Part shown: positions 1 through 12,259 of the stretch, piece by piece
Numbering within the stretch: the first letter of the stretch is position 1
Layout: each line of letters begins with the position of its first letter
Origin: Amoebidium appalachense
Lineage: Eukaryota > Protista > Ichthyosporea
Assembly: GCA_963693365.1 (NCBI GenBank)
Contig: CAVNZM010000014.1
Location: 3,534,001-3,598,000 of the forward strand
Length of the DNA stretch: 64,000 nucleotides
Direction: 5' to 3'
The notes under the pieces: generated by a model
The model's input: only the letters and a program-made list of their open reading frames with translations
The model's database searches: none
Told to the model about the DNA's origin: nothing
Made by a program: the position numbers and the translations under genes

Positions 1-111
1 CAGGGCTACGGGCAGCCAATGGGGTGGGGACAGGGTGTTTTGCCCCTCGGTGTGGGCTATGGGCGGCCAATGGGCTATGGGGGCTACTACCGCCGCAGCA
101 AAAAGTTCTAA
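1..111 (+). CDS. 3' end of a Gly/Tyr/Trp-rich low-complexity repeat protein (copy 1; 5' part outside the window)
   Basis: Frame from base 1 reads QGYGQPMGWGQGVLPLGVGYGRPMGYGGYYRRSKKF-stop (TAA 109-111). It is nearly identical to 2790-2900, with mostly synonymous or conservative differences. Confidence 0.7.
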   Translation, partial: QGYGQPMGWGQGVLPLGVGYGRPMGYGGYYRRSKKF

Positions 112-1105
112 GTGCACACAGTTATTTGGCGTGTGCTGAAATAACTTATGAAAGATGCAATGGCAGTGCCAATGGCATTTTGTGAAGCGAATAAACTTGT
201 AGTCGTTCAGCATGAGTTGGTCTCTGAAAGCTTTGCAGGTTTTGGTACCACTGCGGTTTAAAACAATTCGCTTTTTATGTGCGAGAAATCGTGTCTGTGT
301 GCATAGGCGTGTTTATGGTGGTATGTGTGTGCAGTGCACTGTCACAAAGTGATTTCGATCGGTTGGTTGGTAGAGTGATTGGTGAGGCGTGTGTGTTCAG
401 ATTTGCAGATCTCATTATTTGCAAGTTGATAAGTCACCCTTTGAGCATGGGTTTTGCACATGCACGGGAAATGAGAAGGATACTGTGTGTGTTCTTGTGG
501 GAGTCCATTTTGTGTTGTGGATGCCGTGCACGTATGGGGAGTATGTTTTACAGAAAAGGTGGCTCTGGGCCTACGTTTTCTTCTTTCCTAACCTGTTTTC
601 CTTATTCTTTCGGTTTGAGGCCTTTTTCCCTTTTTTTTCAATCAAAAGTGTGTGTCACAAGGTGTGTATTGGGGGGGGGGGGGACACTACGGTAGCTAGT
701 AGGAGAGGTTTGTGTTTGGGGGTTGGGGGCTGGGGGGAGGGGGGAGGGGGGGAGGAAGGGGCACGTAGCTAATACACATTTGCCAGATGCTAACAAATAG
801 AGGTGGGTGTTTGGACATTGAATGAAAAGTAAAATGGGTGGGCAGAAGTGCATGCGAGCCTCGAGGGTGCTTGCATATGCACGTGGTTCCATGCGTCCAC
901 GCGCGTGTGCATGTGTGTGCTACTGAGTGTCTCGATATGTGTGTGTCAGTGTGTGTATGACGCGCACACGTGCCTGTGTCGGGTTTTCTTTGTTTTACGG
1001 GGATCCGGAGGGGTGGGTGGGCGGGCCGGGGGGCAGGCGACCGGGTTGGAGGGGGGGAGGGTTGGGGGGGTGGAGGGGGAGGGGGGTTCTCTCTCTCTCT
1101 CTCTC

Positions 1106-1150
<45 letters not shown>

Positions 1151-1162
1151 ATATGTGTGTTC

Positions 1163-1224
<62 letters not shown>

Positions 1225-1255
1225 TATGATGATATCTATATGTATATCGGATCTC

Positions 1256-1310
<55 letters not shown>

Positions 1311-1459
1311 GTATATATATATATATATGATATATATGTATATATCCCACCCTCCCTCCCTCTCTTATCTCTGTTTCTCTCTTCCCCTCTCTCTCCCCCC
1401 TCTCTCCCCCCCTCTCTCCCTCTCTCTCCCCTCCCCCCTTTCTCTCTTCCCCTCTCTCT

Positions 1460-1490
<31 letters not shown>

Positions 1491-1618
1491 CCCCCCCCCC
1501 CCCCCCCCCCCTCCGCCTCCCTCTCTCCTTCTCTCTCTCTCCCTCTCTCTCTCCCTCTCTCTCTCTCCCTCTCCCTCTCCCTCTCTCTCTCTCTCCCCCA
1601 CCCCCCACCCCCCTCTCT

Positions 1619-1652
<34 letters not shown>

Positions 1653-1778
1653 GCTGGACACCCGTTTCTTTGGTCGCTCTCCCATTGCCTTGCCCAGGAA
1701 AAATACCCACATGTGATTACTTAAAATAACACTATATACATCGTTCCCTGTGCCCATTCCGGGTGTATAGTCCCCCCT

Positions 1779-1809
<31 letters not shown>

Positions 1810-2224
1810 AAGAATTTGAAAAAAAAGGAAGAGCACTTGAAACTTAGTATGGAACAATGGGGAGGGAAAATGATCAGCCACATACATCCATTTATACATG
1901 GCCAAAGATATGCATATATCCACACGCACGCACGCACACACGCACACACAGACACATGCAGACACACATGCATGCACACATCCACACACCCTTCACATGC
2001 ATATAAAGCACCTATGGTACAAAAACACCCACGCTTACATGCGTACACACACATATGCACACGTACACACACCATGGGCCACCAAACACATGAAAAAGCA
2101 CATTCAGGTGCATACACAAACACACACACGCGCGCGCGCGCGCGCGCGCACGCACATGCACGCGCACACACGCACGCACATGTATTTAAAACAAGCGTTT
2201 GTTCCTTGCAGATTTAATTGCCGA

Positions 2225-2335
2225 GATCTGATTCAGTTCATGCTAAGTGTTGGCACATTTATTCTCTTTGCAAATGGCATTGCCATTGCCAGTTTATTAT
2301 TTCAGCAGAGGCCAAATCACTGTGTGCACTCAGTG
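2225..2335 (-). repeat. Inverted, diverged copy of the region just downstream of the copy-1 stop codon (about 109-230)
   Basis: Reverse complement reads TGAGTGCACACAGTGATTTGGCCTCTGCTGAAATAA, versus TAAGTGCACACAGTTATTTGGCGTGTGCTGAAATAA at 109-144. Similarity continues through GCAATGGCA, GAATAAA and AGCATGA. Confidence 0.65.
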
Positions 2336-2661
2336 CTACTGCTACTGTTGCGCGGTTGAAAATGCTGCTGTGACGACCCGAATTCCTTGAAGTTTGATGT
2401 GTTTGCCAGTTCCAACAATCCCCTCTCAACACCAGACAAGTAATAGCCAGCATGTGCACATGAACACCTACAGCTGAAGTACTTTTAAATTCCCACCTTT
2501 CCCCTACAAAATAACATAGTATTACACACACTCGCGCACGCACGCACGCACGCACGCACACACGAACTACACACACACACACACACACGCATGCACGCAC
2601 ACACAAGTGTACACACATACACACGGTGTGCGCATACACGCTGACATGTACCCTCCCACAG

Positions 2662-2900
2662 CCCCCCTTGCCGTCAAGCAGTCTGTGGTGCCGCCCGCCA
2701 TCAGCCAGAAGCTGTGGGCGCAGGGCTATGGGGGCCTGAACCAGCCAATGGGGTGGGGGCAGGGCTACGGGCAGCCAATGGGGTGGGGCAAGGGCTACGG
2801 GCAGCCAATGGGGTGGGGGCAGGGTGTTTTGCCCCTCGGTGTGGGCTATGGGCGGCCAATGGGCGATGGGGGCTACTACCGCCGCGGCAAGAAGTACTGA
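2662..2900 (+). CDS. Terminal exon of a Gly/Tyr/Trp-rich repeat protein (copy 2) with 10-aa QPMGWG(Q/K)GYG repeats and a basic tail YYRRGKKY
   Basis: Open frame PLAVKQSVVPPAISQKLWAQGYGGLN(QPMGWGQGYG)x3...YYRRGKKY-TGA. It is preceded by a CTGAC branch-like motif and CAG ending at 2661. The upstream exon was not identified; ATG 2647 is an alternative start. Confidence 0.65.
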
Positions 2901-3850
2901 GTGCATATCGATTTATTTTGGCTTCGGTTGGAACTTGACGATGAAGCAAATGTATAGTGTCACGATGGCGGTGCCATCACGGCTAAAAAACTTGACGTTA
3001 TAAATAAAAGTGCGGCTAGTTTGCATACATTAATCTCGGCAATGTGTTGCAACTGCAATGCTCAAACATCGGTATCATATGCTTCCCTACTTTCGTATAT
3101 CTCTCTCTCTCTCTCTCTCTCTCTCCCCCCCCCTCCCCCCCCCCTCCCCCCCTCCCTTCCCCCCCTTTTACGCACGCACACAAGCACGGGTTCGCACGCA
3201 CGCACGTGCGCACGAGCGCGCGCACACACACACACACACACAAAGACACACGTACAGACATACATTCACACATATCACAGCACCCGTGTGCTGAGAACAA
3301 ACAAGCGCAGAAACCAGTTTATCAGAAGCGCACTAGATGGCGTACACCGCTATCGTTATCCCTCCCTCTCTGCCCGGTTTGTGCGAGTGATGGTTGAAGG
3401 ACGCGGTCATGATCTCCGTTGTGAGGCTGCATTAGTCTGGCGGGTAAACGTCGCGCGGGGGGGGGGGGGGGGGGGGGGGGGGGGAGAGGGGAGGGGGGAG
3501 GGAGGGGAAGGGAGGGGGGGGGGGGGGGGGGGACCTGGTTGTCCGACGAAAATTAGGGGTAAGAGGTGGGGTGTGGTGGTGTGTATGTGTGTGTGGGGAG
3601 GGGAGGGGCGGAGAAGGGGGGGGGGGGGGGGGGGGGGGATGCAAGAAAAGTGCTGACTTATAGCCAAAGTGACTACTATTCTCGCCTGATCGACTAAGCC
3701 TTGTGTAGACACTACGACTAATTAACACGTACCTGTGCACACATGCACACCAATGTGAGTGTGCGTGGCCACGTGATTTGGCCACTAGACTAATTAATAT
3801 AACAGACATAAACACGTGCAGAGTGCTGCGGGACAGTGCATATATATGCC

Positions 3851-4035
3851 TTTTTTATTTTTTATCCCGTTTTGTTCCCGGAGGGACCCCTTGGGGCCCT
3901 CACGGGGAACTACCGTCTTCCACCCAGGACCGACAGTACTCTAGCTAGGGTGCTACGGTATTATTGCTAAGCTAACACACCTTTAACAATCCCAACTAAT
4001 ATTATTTGCACACACTTAGCCCAGGGTATTCACCC
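3851..4035 (-). mobile_element. Short retroposed insertion (SINE or 5'-truncated LINE 3' end) with an A-rich tail and a 14-bp TSD
   Basis: Direct repeat TGCATATATATGCC at 3837-3850 and 4036-4049 flanks 185 bp. The insert begins TTTTTTATTTTTTAT, an A-rich tail on the minus strand. Confidence 0.7.
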
Positions 4036-5330
4036 TGCATATATATGCCACAGCACGAATATAGGGACATAAAGCACAAATAAAGAACCGTATCGAACTA
4101 TGCTTGCTACCTGCTCGTGCATACCGAAGATGTGCAACTATTATAGCGCTAGCCTAAAAGTTGTGCTGTGCGCATGTATGCAAAATTGTACAAAATAATT
4201 CGTGCACTACTGTTGTATATTCTGCAGAGGGTTGGGGGGGGGGGAGATAAGAGAGGAGAGGGGGGAGGGGGGAGGGGGGGTTGTCCCACGTTTTTTCCAC
4301 GGGAGCTCCACAGCTAGGACCCACAACATTGGAGGGGGGGGAGGGGGGGGGAGGGGGAGGGGCGAGGGATGAGGGGAGGGGGAAGGATCTGGTTGTCCGA
4401 TGAAAGGGGTAAGGGGTGGGGTAGGGGTGGGGGTGGAGGTGGGGGTGGGTGGGTGGGTGGGGGGGGGGGGGGGGGGGGGGGGTGGAAGAAGAGAAGCCGG
4501 GGGGAGAGGGGGTGGGGGCCCGGGGGAGGGTAGATGACACACGGTCAAGTTGTCCCACGTTTTTTCTTCCCTCTTTGTAAAATACATGCATCCAGGACCT
4601 ACAACCGCACCCACCCCGGTAACTGTTGCACATATTATCAAAGTGGCACACACATACACAGGTGGGACAGAAAGGTGACGTGTGTCCACATTTGCGACAA
4701 CAAACACATGCAGGGAAGTGTCTCGGTGTGTGGTGCACATACGGTGATACTGATATCTGTTGGGGACACGGGTTGCCGCCGGTGCAACCTAAACACAAGG
4801 TAGAGTGGTAATGTACTATGATAGCATTTTTATTGATATAGCCAATATATGAAAATGGACTTGGCATAATTGTTGAATGACTATCTCTAAACATAAGGTT
4901 GCATTATGGTTCGAACGCCTATGTTTCAGTTGAAAGTTTGGTTCAAGTACTAGTATTGCAAGTCCTTTACCTGCATGAGAATTTGTATTTCAATCTGCAC
5001 AGCCCAGAGCTGTTACTTAGTCTACTAGGAGGCTACATGTGTGTAAAGCTATGTATGGTTTTCGTTTCCGCAAGTATATTTTTTACTTATTTAACACTAT
5101 GTCCTTATTGGCTCACAGCAATCTTAAAAAATTAGTGCCAAACTCTAGAGCATGCACTCAGTGCACACAACCTGAACGGAGCCAATCCAGTGATGGGATA
5201 AAAAAACCTAAGAAAACGAAGCAAGAAAATAAGGGGGGGGGGGGGGAAAGGAAAAAAAAAAAAAAAAAAAAAAACAAGAAAAGAAAAAAACAAGAAAAGA
5301 AAAAAACAGGAAAAAACTCAGTCCACCGCC

Positions 5331-8039
5331 CTATGCAGTTGTCGGGCTTGGAGCAGCCGCCGGAGCGGGGGCCTTAAGCATGGCGCCCATTTGGGTGACG
5401 ATCTCGGCTGGAAGGGCTGCAACAAACGCTGGGAGTTGGGCTGCGGGCAGGGCGCCGGCCTTGAGTGCCGTCATGATTTCGGCAGGGACGTTCTGGGTGG
5501 CAGCGGGGGGAAGAAGACCGGCAATGGTCTTCTGAGTGTCGGCATCGGCAAGGGCTGCCATCTGCTCGGCCGTAAGTGCCGGGGCAGGGGAAGAAGCCAC
5601 GGGTGCAGCCTGAGACTCAACGGGGACAGGGGTGGCAGAGGTTACCGGGGCTGGGGCAGGTGCGACAGGGGCGGGGGCCGGAGCCTTAAGCATAGCGGCC
5701 ATCTGGGTGACGATTTCGGCGGGCAGAGCCGCAACAAATGCTGGCAACTGAGTCGCCGGAAGGGTACCGGCCTTAAGTGCCGTCATGATTTCAGCGGGGA
5801 CGTTCTGAGTTGCGGTCGCTGGGAGAAGACTGGCGATGGTCTTCTGAGTGTCGGCACTGGCAAGGGCTGCCATCTGCTCGGCGGAGAGTGCAGGAGCGGG
5901 TGCCGGGGCAGAGGAAGAAGCCACGGGGGCGGCAGCGACGGTGGAGGTAACCGGTGCAGCTGGAGCGGGGGCCTTGAGCATAGCGGCCATTTGGGTAACA
6001 ATCTGTGCTGGAAGGGCCGCAACAAACGCTGGGATCTGGGCTGTGGGCAGGGTGCCAGCCTTGAGTGCCGCCATGATTTCGGCGGGGACATTCTGAGTAG
6101 CCGTGGGTGGCAGAAGACCAGCCATGGTCTTCTGAGTGTCGGCATCGGCAAGGGCTGCCATCTGCTCAGCCGTAAGCGCCGGGGCAGCAACCGGGACAGG
6201 GGCTGCTGTGGAAGTCGCCGGTGCAGGTGCCGCGCTGGTGGTTGGGGCGGTAGGCTTGAGGAACGCAGCAAGCTGGGTGATGACCTGAGTTGGCAGGGCG
6301 GCAACGATAGCCTTCACCTGCTCGGGCGTGGCCTTACCAGCCGCGAGAGCGTCCTTTGAGCCCGCCGGCAGAAGCGCCACAACCTCCTGAGGCAGAAGTT
6401 CGGATAGCGTCACCTGTGTGTCTGCGTCCGCCAGCATGGCGTACTGTTCGGGTGTCAGGGTCGCGGGCGTTGCGGTCGCGACCGGGACTGAAGACGCGGT
6501 GCTAGTTGAGAGAATAGAAGAACTGAACGTCTCGGTTGCTATCTCCCCGAGTTCCTTTGCGATCTCGGCGACCTCGGATGGCGGGAGGGTTGGCAGGGCA
6601 ACCGAGCTTGAAGGCTCCGCCGTGGCCGGGGAAGCAATGCTGGGTGCGGCGGCGGCTTGCGACGCGGTGGTGCTTGCTGCAGGGGCGGAAGCAACCGAGG
6701 ACGGCTGGACGGCGGACGGTTGGGGTTGGGCGGCAATGGCGTCCAAAAACTTCACAAGGTTGGTTACGACTTCCGCGGGGAGAGCGGCAATCAATTCCTC
6801 GAGTTCCGCCGGCGTGGCCGTGCCAGCCTTCAAATCGGCTTGATCCTCGGCCGGAATCGTCGCGAGCAGAGCCGGGGGCAGAAGGCTCATAAGTGTCTGT
6901 TGGGTCTTGGGCTGCGACAGCATTTGCAATTGCGCGGGCGTCAGAGCAACTTTGGGCACCACTGAAGCAGTGGTTGTTGCCTGGGCGGTGCTCGACGGCC
7001 CGGCGACGGAAGAGGAACTTTCCACAACGGCGGGTTTGGTGGTAGTGGTGGGTGCCGGGGCCGAAGCGGGGGCGGCAATCATACCAGCCATGGCCTGAAC
7101 AACGGGGGGAGGCAGGGCGGCAACCATTGCTTTGATCTGGTCTGGTGTGGCGGTGCCTGCCTTCAGCGCCGTAACAATGGGTGCGGGGATGAGAGAGAGC
7201 GTCTCGGGCGGAAGCATGGCTGTGAGTGTAGTCTGAGACTCGGGGACGGAAAGAGCGGCAAGCTGCTGTTCGCTAAGGGCCGGGAGTGCCGGTGCTGCGG
7301 TTGTGGTGGCGGTCGGTGCAGCGGATGTTGCCGTGGGAGCGGCAGCATTTGTGCCAGTTGCGACGGAAACCGTAACGGGGATAGAGGTGCTGAAAGTCTG
7401 TTCGGCAATCTCACCGAGCTCCGCGGCGATTTCACTGACTTCGGCGGCCGGGAGGCTGCTAACTGGCCCTGATGGAGGGTTGACTCCAGTAGGTGCAACG
7501 GGTGCCACGCTGCTGGAAGCTGGAGCCGCGGCCGTGGTAGTGGTGGTGGGAGCCGGGGCGGCGGCCGTTGTGGTGGTGGCCGGAGCCGGGGCGGAAGATG
7601 AGGGCTTGGGGGAAACCATGGCGAGAATCTTCTGCTGAAGCTCGGCAGGGATAAACGCGGCGATGGTTTGGAGTGTGGCGGGGGTGGCTGTGCCGGTGGT
7701 AAGCTGCCTGAGTGCGTCGGGGGGGATGCTGGCAAGGGCTGTGGGGGGGTAGGTTTTGGCTGAGGAAAAGAAGCACCTGGGGATTCTTGAGAGCTTCGAC
7801 AAGAGCGGGATTGACGGCGACGGATGCGGCGGTGGATGCTGACGGCTGGGGTTGTTTGAAAGTTGTAGTTAGTGTTGGAGGGGAAGACGGGGTAGGGTGG
7901 GATGGGGGCGGAGGTGGGGAGGGGGAGGGGGGGTTTGAGGGTTGGGGGTTGGGGGGAAGAAAGAGAGAGAGAGAGAGAGGAGGTGGTGGATGGGGTAAGT
8001 GATGGCTTTGGGAGTGGTGTGTGTGTGTGTGTGGTGGTG

Positions 8040-8070
<31 letters not shown>

Positions 8071-8532
8071 GGGTGTGAAGAATAGCACGGACAAAGCACA
8101 AACAAACCCAACCACTGGCCAAGGATGCAAGCAAGGTTGCAGATGTTGTGTGGGACTTCGTCTTCCTTGGAACCCAAAAACTATCTCTCTCTCTCTCCAG
8201 ATCCAGCATTATTCGTTTTTTTTTTTTTTTTTTTTTTTTTTTTATTTATTTATTTAATATATATAATACAAATTTTCACTTACCACAGCCGTCAGGGAGG
8301 TCGGTGCCGCAGAGGAAACCGCAGCCGGCGCGGTGGTGGAGGCGGGAAGAGCAGTCTGGGGTTTTGTCAAATCTTTCAGCTGGGCGGGGGGTACCATGGC
8401 CAGAATTTGCAGTACCAGAGAGGGGTCTGCCTTGCCGGCCTTGATCTGGCCCATAATGTTGGCTGGCAGCTTGTCGCGCTGCTGGGGCGTTAGGATTTGG
8501 AGGATGGCACCTTGCAGCCTGTACGTGCATTT

Positions 8533-8609
<77 letters not shown>

Positions 8610-9589
8610 TGTGTGCACCTTTTTTTTTTTTTTTTTTTGTGGGGGGGGGGGGGGGGGGGGGGGTTTGGAGCGGGGGAAGGGATTGAAGGGATGAGCAAAC
8701 GGAATGGGTTTCGAATGACAGTGGGTTACAGAAAAACACGGAATGTGATTGGATGCATTCGATCTAGTTTACAACACCATCTATGTACATAACATCAGGT
8801 GTTAAGTATCAACGTCACCAAGTATAAATAAGACGACCTCAATCCTCTCCCCCCCCCCCCCCCCTCCATGGTCTATCCCTCTTTTGTTCTCCCAATTTTC
8901 GCTTGTTTGAAAGGACACCCCGGGAGGGGTTGGGGGGGGAGGCATTCACAACGGAAAAACTCAATATATATTTTGTACGAAACATTTAGAGTCTGCATCT
9001 TTGGCAAAGGCCATCTCAAAGAAAGGGAGGGGGGGAGGGGGGTGATGTATGCGTTAAAGTATGGAGGAGGCAATAAAGGGCAACAACAAAACGCCACAAA
9101 AACCGGAAACCCAAAATCAAACAATGTAACATGCAGGCAGAAGACACTTGAACAGAGGCCATCATCGGGGGAAGGGCAAGTCATCCACGATATTCGAGTT
9201 TCCACCCATTCCCCTCATATACGAACACCAACTCAGACACAGGGGCGGAAGGTGGAGGCGTTAAAATGGTGGTGGTGGGGATTAAGAATGCTGTTATAGC
9301 GTACAATGTGCACATGCATAACGGACAGCACCATTTAGAGTGCAACCCACACATATAGAGTATGAACAACAAGCAGAGCCCATCCTTGGTGTGTGAGTGT
9401 GTGTGTGGGCGGGGGGAGGGGGGGGGGGGACACGTACTTGGGGTTTGAAAGCAATTTTGCCGTTGTCTCAGAGACCTGCATGGTGCCCACAGACACCTTC
9501 TTTGGTTGGAGGGGGGTGCAGCAGTACCGTTGCATGGGGGCCCGGAGCAGTTCAAATCTCCGTTGACACAGGCACACTTGTTGCACTGC

Positions 9590-9642
<53 letters not shown>

Positions 9643-11174
9643 AGAAATGTGACTGCATGTGTGTTTTTGTAGAAAAGTTGTGCATGTGTGTTTGCATGTG
9701 AGTGCGAGTGTGTGAGTGGGGTTAGTGTGTGTGTTGTGACATGTTTCATGAACACAGTTTGTTGTGCTCCCTTTGCCCATAAACCCTTTTCTTGCACGGA
9801 CGCTTTCCGAGATTTCGGAAGTGGCCTACGGGTTGAGGTGTCTAATTTCCGTACAGTTTTCCTTCTTCTTCTGTACTAATGCAACCTCCCCCCCCCCCCC
9901 CCCCCCATAAAAATAATAACAATAACAATAATAATAATAATAAAAACAATATTAATAAAATACAATAAAATAAAATAATAACAATAATAAAAATAAACGG
10001 AGCCTCTTAACCGTCACCATTGTGAAGACAAAGCCACCACAGGCTCCTACTTTCCTTTTACAACACCCATCCTTCATTCCCCCCTCCCCCCTCATAATAA
10101 CAATACTAATAATAATAATAATAAAAACATTATTAATAAAAGACAATAAAATAAAATAATAACAATAATAAAAATAAACGGAGCCTCTTACCATTGTGAA
10201 GACAAAGCCACCACAGGCTCCTACTTTCCTTTTACAACACCCATCCTTCATCCCCCCCCCCCCCCCCCTCCCCCCCCCCCCCCCCCCCCCGCCCCTCCTC
10301 ACCCCCCATCTTATCTAGCCGACTGTAACACACCAAAAACATGACAACGGACGCAGGCAGTCAAAAAAAAAAAAAAAAAAAAAAGGGAAGGACAATAGTG
10401 AGACAGCGGAGGGAGCAGTTCAGGTGTGGTAGCTAGTACACAACTTCGCAAAGCGCCGGTGCTGGTATGCCGCAAAATGGACACTGTGTGTGTGTGGGGG
10501 GGGGGGGGGGGAGGGGGGAGTTGAGGGTAGATTTCGTTACAGAGTGCAAAGTACACATTCATGACGAACAACACATATCATGCTTTTAGTAGGAGTAGGG
10601 ATGGAGGGAGAGAAGAGGGGGGGGGGAGGGGGGGGGAGGGAGGGGCTCTTACGGATTGGTCGCCGATGCCGTTCCCCTCCCACCCATCAACCACCGTCGT
10701 CTTGCCCAGAGCACAAGACTTTGACTGTGCGCAATCATAGGCCGTTGTGGGGTTACGCAAGAGCGCCCTCCGAAGCTCGGGAGTGAGAGACGCCCACCCG
10801 ATGTTAAGGCCACAGTCGTCGATGGTAAATGGGCCGGTGCCGCTTAAGGTGAGAACTAACTCTTGGCCCGGGAGCGGTTGTGACACACCGCATGCGAAGG
10901 TGGATGGGGTGGCTGAAAAGGTGATGGTGGAGTTCTGTGGGAGTGGGAAGGGGGATGGTGTGTGAGTACACATAGATACACATATATGGGTGTGAGTGGG
11001 TGAGGAGATGTGAGCTATAAATTGGTAAGAGCAGGAAATGGAGAGGTGAATGTCATGCTTTGGAGAAGGAAATATGTCATACGATGACTGTAAATTTCCT
11101 TTCCTTTTCATCATTTCTTTCCCTTTCCTTCTTCTTCTTCTTCTTCTTCTTCTTCTTCTTCTTCTTTTTTTTTT

Positions 11175-11217
<43 letters not shown>

Positions 11218-11841
11218 CCTTTTTTAATTTGGCCATAGCTCAAATCCGGTTGGGGTTTAACAACGTTGCCACGACCGACACTTGTTCCCAAAAGGTGTTA
11301 GCTTCTGCGGTAACATCGAAGCAACAAATCAAACAAAAAAGAAAACACCCAAACAAAAAAGAAGAAAAAAATATTGTATCTTTGCCGGGATGACCGTAAC
11401 CCGGCCCTGCCTTCTCTCCCCACAGGTACAAATGTGTGAGCTATGAAATTTTTGAGTAATTATTCGTTTATGCACGCCCGGGTGTGCTTATGTCATTAGT
11501 TCAAGAAGGCTCGACTCACGGTGCCTAATCCATTTTTTGAATGTGGTATATAAACAACAAAAAAAAGTTTTCATAAACAACAAAAAAGTGGGTATATTGC
11601 CTGGTGAGATAGAATGTGGTGAACAGCGCGAAATGGTATCAATATATATTGTCGGGACACGGGGTGGCACGCAGTATTCTCTGCCAAAACAGGACACAGT
11701 AGAGCAGACCGACTGTGCATTTCATTGTTGTTATTGTTATTATTGTGATTGGTGTTTTTTTTAATAATTACTATAACTACTACTATTAATGATTACTATA
11801 GCTACTACTATTAATGATATTGTTATTAGTTTGTTTGGGGG

Positions 11842-11898
<57 letters not shown>

Positions 11899-11924
11899 AA
11901 TATTGTTATTATTTTGTTTGGGGG

Positions 11925-11982
<58 letters not shown>

Positions 11983-12219
11983 GAGGGGGGTGGAGGGGAG
12001 GTGACGACGTACCGCAGCAACTTTGCCCTTGAAGACATTCTGGACCGTGGCAGTGAAAGTCACACTCGTAGCACTGTAAGGGCGGGCATAAGATAAGCAC
12101 ATATACATAGAGCTACACAAACAGTGGGGTGTGGAAACACAGGGGGTGATGATGGTGGAGGGAAAAAGCGAGCAACGCAGTGTGGGTGTGGGTGCTGTAG
12201 CAGTACCTGTAACAGTACC

Positions 12220-12259
<40 letters not shown>

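Noticed and set aside
3533-4570. Short repeated motifs CTGGTTGTCCGA.GAAA (3535, 4389) and TTGTCCCACGTTTTTTC (4281, 4550)
   Set aside because: They are real local repeats but too short and fragmented to assign as an element or regulatory site.
5391-7638. Plus-strand ORFs (322, 141, 118, 111 aa and others)
   Set aside because: Antisense shadows of the GC-rich minus-strand exon.
10391-11330. Extra exons of the TIMP-like gene at about 10391-10483 and 11240-11330
   Set aside because: The flanking exons already join in phase and give contiguous domains. These segments hit a stop in the required frame or lack a usable donor.
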